The notes beneath the pieces are model-generated. The model was not told the origin of the DNA, did no database searches, and saw nothing but the letters and a program-made list of their open reading frames with translations. From contig NC_068981.1 of assembly GCF_001194135.2 (NCBI RefSeq), positions 189,057,590 to 189,103,055 of the forward strand: DNA of 45,466 nucleotides, written 5' to 3'. Source of the stretch: Octopus bimaculoides. Lineage: Eukaryota. Below are positions 36,525 through 45,466 of the stretch, piece after piece; the stretch's first letter is position 1, and each line of letters begins with the position of its first letter. A program made the translations under genes and the position numbers.

Positions 36525-36795
36525 TGCAAGCATGGCTATGTGAGTGGTTCACCTCCTAATCAAATGGGGTTAATCAATTCTATAGTACAGTACCATAGGC
36601 AAGTGTCTTTTATTTTAGCCTTAGACCAACCAAAGGCAACTGTAGGCATAGCTGTGTGAGTAAGAAGCTTACCTTCCAATTATGTGCTTTGAGGTTCAAC
36701 CCTCCTGTGTGACACCTTGGGCAAGTGTCTCCCATTATATAGTCCTGGCCCAACCAAAGTTCTTTGAGTGGATTTAGAAGACAAACTGAAAGAAG
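36525..36795 (+). mobile_element. two tandem SINE family A head fragments
   Basis: gcatggctatgtgagt...ggcaagtgtctt (about 36528-36635) and gcatagctgtgtgagtaagaagc...gggcaagtgtct...actgaaagaag (about 36645-36795). Confidence 0.7.
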
Positions 36796-39700
36796 AGTGC
36801 CTTGATTCACAACAAGAGGAACTCATTCTCTATGCTCATGCATACTTTGTGTATTCATGGCTAATATCACAAATAATTGAAGTGTGATTTCTAATAGAGT
36901 GACAGAGGACCAAAACTTCAAACGCAGTTGTTACATACAGTAGTCACTTGTAAATAAAGCTATGAAATCAAATAATGAATTGTTTAAATGGTTCACAGTT
37001 TCTGTTAGATAGTAGTCCTAATTAGCATAATTACTAAATTACTAAGCCAAAGCATAATAATTAGAATAAGACAGTGTTAGCTCTGCTGCTAACAAAAGTT
37101 TATCAGTGAAAAAAAGAAAATTGCATTAAGTTTTTATAAGGTGTGTTACTCCATTGTAGTGAGAAGTTGCTGAATGTAGAATATTTCATGTTTGCATCGG
37201 TCAAGGAAATTAGTTTCAGCAGATGCTCTTCCTACCAAACTTCACCATTTTACAAGCCAAGTAATGTTTTTATCCTCCAGCCAGGCATATTTTTCATAAA
37301 AAATTGCAAACAAAAAACACCATTTGTATGACAATGATATTTGTTTACAGCCAACATATGATGTCAAGATAAAAGACACACACATGAAAGGTGTATTTTC
37401 AGTTTCTGTCCTCCAAATTAATTACTCACAAAGCTTTTATCATCCTTGAATGAAATATTAATTGATCAAAATGAGTAGCTAAGTTTCAAAGCTTTGTGTG
37501 CAGGAAAGGTGGCTGTGCTGGTTTAGAAGAATGACAAGATTATTGCAGGTAAAAGAAGAGTGCACTGACATGGGAAGATACTTTTAGAAGAAGGAAGGAA
37601 AAATGTGTGATCAGTTCTCTGGATGTTGGGCTTCTAAATGGAATGTTGAAGAACAAAGATAAGTGGTAATACAATGTACAGCAAATCTGTTCAACTCTTG
37701 TCAGTATGGTAAAAAGACATAAAAAATGATTGTTATGATGATGCATTTTCTATAGATTATTATTCCATATGGATTAATATCAATGGAATTCAAATCACAT
37801 TGCATGGTTAATATAAAGACTCAAGTTCATACACTCCATGAATACATATGAAAGTTTGTATGTCTAAATATCACAAATATAGAGTGATATCAGATTTCAT
37901 AGTTTGCACTGTTCTTTACAGCTAGTATGGAGAGAGAAAAATCTAGTCTCGTGATAATTTTGTATTGAGAGTTGTAAATGTGGGAAAGGAAGTGTAGGTA
38001 ATAATCTAATGATGATAGAGAAATTGTAGTAGTAATGATGACAGAATGAATGCAAGTGATATAATGAGTGCAACAACAATGATAAACAATGTCGAAAATG
38101 ATGATCATTATTATTATACATATGCAAATGAAACTAATAAAAATAACAAATTCGATAATATTATGGCATAGCATATTCAATACAATTATGGTCATTGTTT
38201 ATTACCCAGGTTTGAAATAAAATGGGAAAAGGAAGTTATGAAAGTCATTTGACAATAGGAATAAAAACAAAATTAAGAACTCAACATTATCAATGCTTTT
38301 ATTAGATAACTGGTTTAGTGTTATTTGAAAATTAGAATTCAAAAGAAACAATTTTATGTTAAAATTGCTTTATTTTCTAAATTATGCACAGAATATATAA
38401 TTAAATATGAAAACGTTCCATTTGCATGTGTTGTCAATAGAAAATTAGTTTTCACCCATTTACAGTTGCTTTATATGGAAAGATAAAGTTATGCCGTATT
38501 AGATGTTATAACCAGAATTATGTTCTTCAATTATTAACCAAGCTCAAAGAATTGTATAGTGATAGATATCTTGAGTTCAGTACAACTGTTTATTGATGCT
38601 GCCAACATTTAATACTATTATACAGCTGATAATATTCAAATAACTTTCAACAGAAAGGTGTTATGAGCAAAACTTGAGTTAACTCTTATGTGACCATACT
38701 TCTTACACAGATATACTGTCACTATGTTTTAGTTTTTAAATAAAGAATTATGTAAGGTAATGTTTGTTGCCACTTCAACATGGCTGTTCTGTATGGAACA
38801 ACATTACTACTCTTTAACCCCAGGAAAACAATTTCTCCAGCTGGTTAACAACACAACTTGTGTCCAATATATTGCAAGCAGCGGAGCGAATCCCTATCAT
38901 CGAGCAATTTGACAGGACCAGTAGACCAGCCTGGTTTCAGGGTATTTGCCCTTCCTCAGTACTGCACACCTGTCCACTAGAAATTGCAGTTGTTTGCCCT
39001 AGCTCACAATATATAGAAAAATAAGCAATATTCAGTCACTGATCTTGCAACAAGCAAAGTAGCTAGTTCTAAAATCTCTATAAGAGATGCAAGTAGTAAC
39101 TCTACTGAAAAGTAATGTTTGTTACCACTTCAACATGGCTGTTGAAAAGTTTTGTGAAATAACTAACTTTTGACTTAATGATAAACCAATGCTGAAATTG
39201 TCCATGACATTCTAATAAAAAAATTTAATTTAGCTTTGAATACTTCAGTAGGTTGATGTTCAAAGTGTTAAGTAAATAATTTCACAAGATTTTAATAGGA
39301 ATTTCACAAAATATCAAGCTTAGGAAATAAACTGCCTGATTGATAAACCTTCATCTTATTAAAAATTTTCAATATTGAACCATCCTTTACCTAGAGTCTG
39401 CCACTTCTACATCATGTACAATGGACTTTGCTCAATAACATGTTCTGAATGTACGATGTCTCTTATTAGTTCACAGCAATTACTACCTCTTTTTCTCTCT
39501 CTCCAAGCACAAATATTACAGACTTGTTCATTCAGTGAAATAATGTATCTTTGTAAGATTTACATGGAATGTCCTTACCTTCTTTGCATATTAACATGTT
39601 ACTAATCTTAAATTTCTCAAACTTCAAATACCCCACTTGTTCATATTGAGCTCCCAATTGCTACATTCCTCTGTAGCCAATGATTAAAACAGAAAGTACC

Positions 39701-40390
39701 ATTACTATTTCTAACAAATACTCTGCTCAACGAACCAACGAGAGTGCCTCTATGCAGTTGCTTGACCAATTAGAAACAGCAGTTAAATCTCCCTCATGAC
39801 ATTGTCTTAAGAGATGACACAATGCCTAATCCAGTCATATATACACTATATATGAAAACAATCTGTTGTGGTGAAGGCTGAAATTAATTTGATTTATAAG
39901 TATACTTGATCAAGCCTGGCCTGGGGTTAAACAACTGTTCTTCATCTATACATTTTTTGCCTTCTTTTTTCTTTTAAGTTTTTTATATGATGATTATACC
40001 CGTCCTCATGGCTGAAGGTTAGAAAGGAGAGGAGTTCAGACACAGCCACCATATATGTAAGGGATGTTATATACCTATCTCAGTTTGTCATGGCTTATCA
40101 GCTTTACACCGAAAGATGCTTAATTTGATTAAATAAATGAAAAAGGCAGGGTCTGAAACATTGAAATTTTGCACTCCTCATAACAAATGAAGTGACTGAC
40201 TTCTACAAACTCTGTGAAGCTAATAAAATGCTTTACATAATATAAAGCATTCCTCTAGATAAACAAGAATCCTCCTGCACCCCCCAACACCCACACACCC
40301 ACACACACATAGAGTATGTGAGCAAAGATAGAGCTGCTTACAATAATCCTTTCTACAGCAGGCAAAAGGACCAGTCGATTACATCAACAC

Positions 40391-41233
40391 CAGTATGCTC
40401 CACTGGTTGTGTAATGTCAGTGTACATACATGACAGAGTGTAAGCGCCTTGAGAGAAAAGTTGGACCTAAGAAGCATCAGATGTGGTTTGCAAGAGAGAT
40501 GACTGCGCTGGTATGGACATGTGGTGCGAATGGATGAGGACAGCTGTGTGAAAAAGTGTCACATCCTAGCAGTTGAGGGAATCTGTGGAAGAGGTAGATC
40601 CAAGAAGACCTGGAATGAGGTGGTGAAGCATGACCTTCAAACATTGGGCCTCACCGGGGCAATGATTAGTGATCGAACCTTTGGAAATATGCTGTGCTTG
40701 AGAAGATCCGGCAATACAAGTGAGACCATAACCCATGGCCTACGCCAGCAGTGTAACCAGTCTACTTATGCGTTGCTTCCAAAGACCTGTTGAGGCAAGT
40801 GAAATCACAATCAAAATCAAATTTGCTGATGTGGCCGATGACAGCACTGCCTGACTGGTGCCCATGCCAGTGGAACATTAAATGCACCATCCGAGCATAA
40901 TTGTTGCCAGGGCCGCTGACTGGCTCCCATGCAGGTAGCACATAAACAACATTCGAGTAAGGTCATTGCCGTGCCGCTGGACTGGCTCCTGTGCAGGTGG
41001 CACAAAAAAAGCACCATTTGAGCCTGGCCGTCACCAGTACCACTTGATTGGCCCTTGTGCCGGTGGCACGTAAAAGCACCCACTACACTCTCATAGTGGT
41101 TGGTGTTAGGAAGGGCATCCAGCTGTAGAAACTGCCAGATCAGATTGGAGCCTGGTGTGGCCATATGGCTCACCAATCCTCAGTCAAACTGTCCAGCCCA
41201 TGCCAGTATGGAAAGCAGACATTAACCGATGAT
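40391..41233 (+). mobile_element. RTE LINE 3' end: ORF C-terminus, long 3'UTR and (GAT) tail
   Basis: SMLHWLCNVSVHT*QSVSALREKLDLRSIRCGLQER*LRWYGHVVRMDEDSCVKKCHILAVEGICGRGRSKKTWNEVVKHDLQTLGL (RTE LRWYGHV.RM...GRGR..KTW motif). The UTR carries repeated gtgc..gtggcac...aagcacc units. Confidence 0.93.
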
Positions 41234-41234
41234 G

Positions 41235-41385
41235 GCTGATATATTTTTACGATGGACTTCTTTTCAGTTTCCGTCTACCAAATCCACTCACCAGGCTTTG
41301 ATTGGCCTGAGGTTGCAGTAGAAGGAACTGTGGACCTGGAACCATGTGGTTGGGAAGCAAGCTTCTTACCACACAGCCATGCCTG
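41235..41385 (-). mobile_element. SINE family A head
   Basis: cttcttttcagtttccgtctaccaaatccactcac...accatgtggttgggaagcaagcttcttaccacacagccatgcct. Confidence 0.85.
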
Positions 41386-42804
41386 ATTGACATTGTTGTC
41401 TTTCTGAAACCCTAAATTATATTTTAAAAACCACTTATGGTACAACATTTCGGGACTAGTGGACTACACTCATAAGTCTACTAAATATAAAGTAAAAATA
41501 TTACTAATTCATCCTATATTATATGAATATCTGAAAATTCTTAGTTGAAATTTATTCCTGGTGTTTGTATTACATATTTTTCTTTTACCAGCAGACACTA
41601 ACTGTAAATAGTAAAACCATCTAACAATACTCAAACTAATATAATTAGTTTTCGATGTAGATGATATTTGAATTCATGTCACAAAAAATATAAATTATGC
41701 CAAATATATGTGCAATTTACAACCATTTATCTAGATTTGGCATTTCCAGACATTTATTCATAATATACAAAAAGAAATCCAAGACTCAGAATGTAATCTG
41801 TCTTTGAAATGAAAATTACATCTATCAAGGTTACCTTCTTATTTTAAAAACCAGTAAAACAGCCTTTATGCAGTCACTCAGCCTAAATGAAATAGCAGTC
41901 AAAGCGTTTCTACCACAGCCAAGAGTAATGTAACAGGATGGACATATTGGATAATGTTGGCCAAGATAGAATATTTGAAGGAAGAGTGTTGAACAAGGAG
42001 TCAAGCAACAACAGCACAAACAACAATGGTTCAGATTGGCATATTTGCAGTCTTAATTGAGACACAGTTTACTTTCCTTTAGTATTTAACTCACATAATT
42101 AACTAAAGTACCTTGACCAGTGTGTTTGCAGATTAATTAACATACATAAAACATTGATATGATGTAGGATTAATTAGGGATATCTTTTAACTTAACATTA
42201 GTTTACTTAATCAACGTGAGCACATTTGCAAATAGTGGGTAAATATATGCTTGTTAATTCTATGCATGTAAATATATTAATTTAGTTAATTTAATCTCAA
42301 TTAAAATGGGACAAAGGCTTGAGCAATGCTTTCCATCATCACCATTTAATGTTCACTTTTCAATGCTTGCCTGAGTCAGGCAGAATTTGCTGAGTCAAAT
42401 TTTCTATGGCTGCATGCCCTTCCTGTCGCCAACATACCTATGTGTGCAGGTAGCATGTAAAAAACAGTACTGACTGGCACTTGTGCCAGTGGCACGCAAA
42501 AGCACCCACTACACACTTGGAGTCAAACCGTCCAACCCATGCGAGCATGGAAAGCGGACGTTAAACGACGATGGTAATATCATCATATCTATATATCTAT
42601 ATATATATATATATGTATACATATATCATCATATATATATATATATATTTAGATATATATATATCTCATCATATCTAAAATAATTCTTCACTCACCTTTT
42701 GCTTAGTTTTATATTTAAAAAAAAAACAACCTATAATTTACCCTTTACTATGGAATATAATTACTCATCACATCCCCTTTACATTACTATATCTTACACT
42801 ATCT

Positions 42805-43220
42805 TTACTTTTTAACTCTTTTACTTGTTTCAATCACTTGACTGCAGCCATGCTGGAGCACCACCTTTTAGTCGAGCAAATCGACCCCAGGAGTTATTCT
42901 TTGGAAGCCTAGTACTTATTCTATCGGTCTCTTTTGCCAAACCTCTAAGTTACGGGGACGTAAACACACCACCATCAGTTGTCAAATGATGCTGGGGGGG
43001 GGGGACAAACACAGACACACAAACATATACACACACATACATATATATACATATATATGACGGGCTTCTTTCAGTTTCCGTCTACCAAATCCCCTCACAA
43101 GGCTTTGGTAGGCCTGAGGCTATAGCAGAAGACACTTGCCCAAGGTGCCACGCAGTGGGAATGAACCCGAACCATGTGGTTGGTAAGCAAGCTACTTACT
43201 ACACAGCCACTCCTGCGCCT
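42805..43220 (-). mobile_element. SINE family A, full length, young
   Basis: Near-perfect reverse complement of 33681-34073, ending ccacacagccactcctgcgcct at 43220. Confidence 0.93.
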
Positions 43221-43788
43221 ATATATCTTTGTACATTTTTTCTTTAACGTTTCCTTCTCACAATATAAGACTACCACTTTATCTATCTCCCACTACACTT
43301 CTCTCCACATGTTTGGATAAAGGAAATTTCCTTAGTATGAAATATACCTATAATTTTTGTACTCTATTTTATTTACATAATGTGTCCATGTACCCCACTT
43401 TTTTCTGCATTTCTCCTCCCCGCTCACATACCCATTAACTATTACTGGTTTATGCTATTTGTTACTATACCTTATAATTACGTATACTTTACTGCCCACA
43501 TATGCACACATGTATGCAAATTTAGTACTTCTTGGTGTCCTACATGTCTACACCCATGTATGCACATCTAGGTATGGATCTCATATGTTATCTATGTGTG
43601 TATATCTATAGATATGTGTTTGATTTTTATATATAGGTACTGACATGTATATTAATATGAACGTGTGTACCTGTGTATATATGTTTTGCATACATATATA
43701 TACAATTTATTATGTGTGTGTTGCTCCTTCTCTCCCTACACTGGTATGGGTATATTTGTACTGTGTTTTTTTATACGTATACCTTAAT

Positions 43789-44351
43789 NNNNNNNNNNNN
43801 NNNNNNNNNNNNNNNNNNNNNNNNNNNNNNNNNNNNNNNNNNNNNNNNNNNNNNNNNNNNNNNNNNNNNNNNNNNNNNNNNNNNNNNNNNNNNNNNNNNN
43901 NNNNNNNNNNNNNNNNNNNNNNNNNNNNNNNNNNNNNNNNNNNNNNNNNNNNNNNNNNNNNNNNNNNNNNNNNNNNNNNNNNNNNNNNNNNNNNNNNNNN
44001 NNNNNNNNNNNNNNNNNNNNNNNNNNNNNNNNNNNNNNNNNNNNNNNNNNNNNNNNNNNNNNNNNNNNNNNNNNNNNNNNNNNNNNNNNNNNNNNNNNNN
44101 NNNNNNNNNNNNNNNNNNNNNNNNNNNNNNNNNNNNNNNNNNNNNNNNNNNNNNNNNNNNNNNNNNNNNNNNNNNNNNNNNNNNNNNNNNNNNNNNNNNN
44201 NNNNNNNNNNNNNNNNNNNNNNNNNNNNNNNNNNNNNNNNNNNNNNNNNNNNNNNNNNNNNNNNNNNNNNNNNNNNNNNNNNNNNNNNNNNNNNNNNNNN
44301 NNNNNNNNNNNNNNNNNNNNNNNNNNNNNNNNNNNNNNNNNNNNNNNNNNN
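43789..44351. other. assembly gap (563 N)
   Basis: N run. The ORFs at 43645-44479 are artefacts of it. Confidence 0.99.
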
Positions 44352-45018
44352 TCAATATCCTATGCCCTATTTATTTTTTTCATTCCTCTACCTCTGCTCA
44401 TTTATCTCCCCTACATTTATTTATTTATTTTTTTAGAATACCCATCTTTATTTCCAATTTCAGTCTCACTTCTTTATAGACATAGCAAGTACATACTTAT
44501 CATTAATACGTATTACCTAATATGAATTTTTATGCAAACACAAGTCCATTATATACATCATATTCTCTCTTTAACTCATTCTTATCCCTCTATTTCTTTT
44601 ATCTTTTGTTTACGTTACACCACCTCCTCACATTAAACTTCATTCTTATGTATAGAAATTTTAAAAACTACATTATACTACATAATGATTTCAAAGGTTA
44701 GCTCATCTTTTAATTCAACCCTAGGAGTGTCTTTCCATTGGGCATTTCTAATACATATCTGCACAACACTACTTATTTGGAGTTTAAATCTCTAATTTCC
44801 ATACTCATCTATAGCGGGAACGTTTGTGATACCCTTCACTCATATCTTCAAATATCCATCGTAGCCGGTTAGTTATGGTTACATATCTCATATGACTCAC
44901 ATCTCTTTCTCAAAATTATGAATCTCCTAGATTCAATTTTTCTGCTATATTCCTTCTCAAGTGTTTTGTATTATAGTTTCTACTTCCTGCACTGAAGCGT
45001 ACATTAGTATTTAATCAA

Positions 45019-45466
45019 TTTCACTGTACTTGTTGCCAACCCTCACCTTACTGACAGCGTCCCTGTACATGGCTTGCACAGCTCTCACTAACCATTCATC
45101 TATCCCTAGTTTCCTCATTGACCNNNNNNNNNNCAGCTCTCACTAACCATTCATCTATCCCTAGTTTCCTCATTGACCACTAGATGAGGGAGCGGGGGAC
45201 TCTGTCAAAGGCTTTCTCCATGTCAACGAAAGCTAGGTACAAAGGTTTATCTTTGGCTAGGTATTTCTCCTGTAGCTGTCTTACCAGAAATATAGCATCA
45301 GTGGTGCTTTTCCCTGGCACGAACCCAAACTGCATCTCATCTAAACTGACTCTCTCCCTAATTAGTTGGGCTATGACCCTCTCCATGACTTTCATTACCT
45401 GATCCAACAACTTGATATCTCTGTAATTATTTGTATCTAAAACATCACCTTTATCTTTGTAGCAGT
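45019..45466 (-). mobile_element. RTE RT fragment (second lineage), one nonsense change
   Basis: YKDKGDVLDTNNYRDIKLLDQVMKVMERVIAQLIRERVSLDEMQFGFVPGKSTTDAIFLVRQLQEKYLAKDKPLYLAFVDMEKAFDRVPRSLI*WSMRKLGIDEWLVRA...KVRVGNKYSE (ORF 45180..45410 plus flanks). Confidence 0.95.

Noticed and set aside
37141-37260. Neat 120-nt symmetric exon candidate (tttttataag|...|gtaatg, open frame)
   Set aside because: Its 3' half aligns with the decayed retroposon tail variant also at 4425-4670, so the splice signals are probably chance.
43645-44479. Long ORFs of 194-268 aa
   Set aside because: They are translations of the N gap.
45079-45178. 45-bp exact tandem duplication inside the RTE
   Set aside because: The two copies sit on either side of a 10-N gap, which indicates unmerged overlapping contig ends rather than biology.

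Overview
AT-rich, repeat-dense eukaryotic DNA. The SINE families, RTE LINE 3' ends with (GAT)n tails and many TA/TG microsatellites indicate a coleoid cephalopod, most likely Octopus (recognised from memory of the repeats, not from a database search). There are four N gaps: 2451-2460, 10230-11138, 43789-44351 and 45124-45133. I cannot support any host protein-coding gene. Nearly all ORF-track entries are antisense or frame-shifted readings of transposons, microsatellites or N runs. Supported content: RTE LINE fragments of several ages, including near-intact reverse-transcriptase (RT) pieces at both window ends; older CR1-like, Penelope-like and BovB-like remnants; two internally deleted mariner elements; two hAT MITEs with perfect 8-bp target-site duplications (TSDs) nested in LINEs; piggyBac-like TTAA MITEs; three tRNA-derived SINE families; and a 49-bp minisatellite built from a retroposon tail. 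The most useful leads are a few low-confidence exon candidates, two CpG-retaining zones next to the large gaps, inverted SINE pairs and a 32-bp palindrome. I found no convincing novel biological system; the window looks intronic or intergenic.
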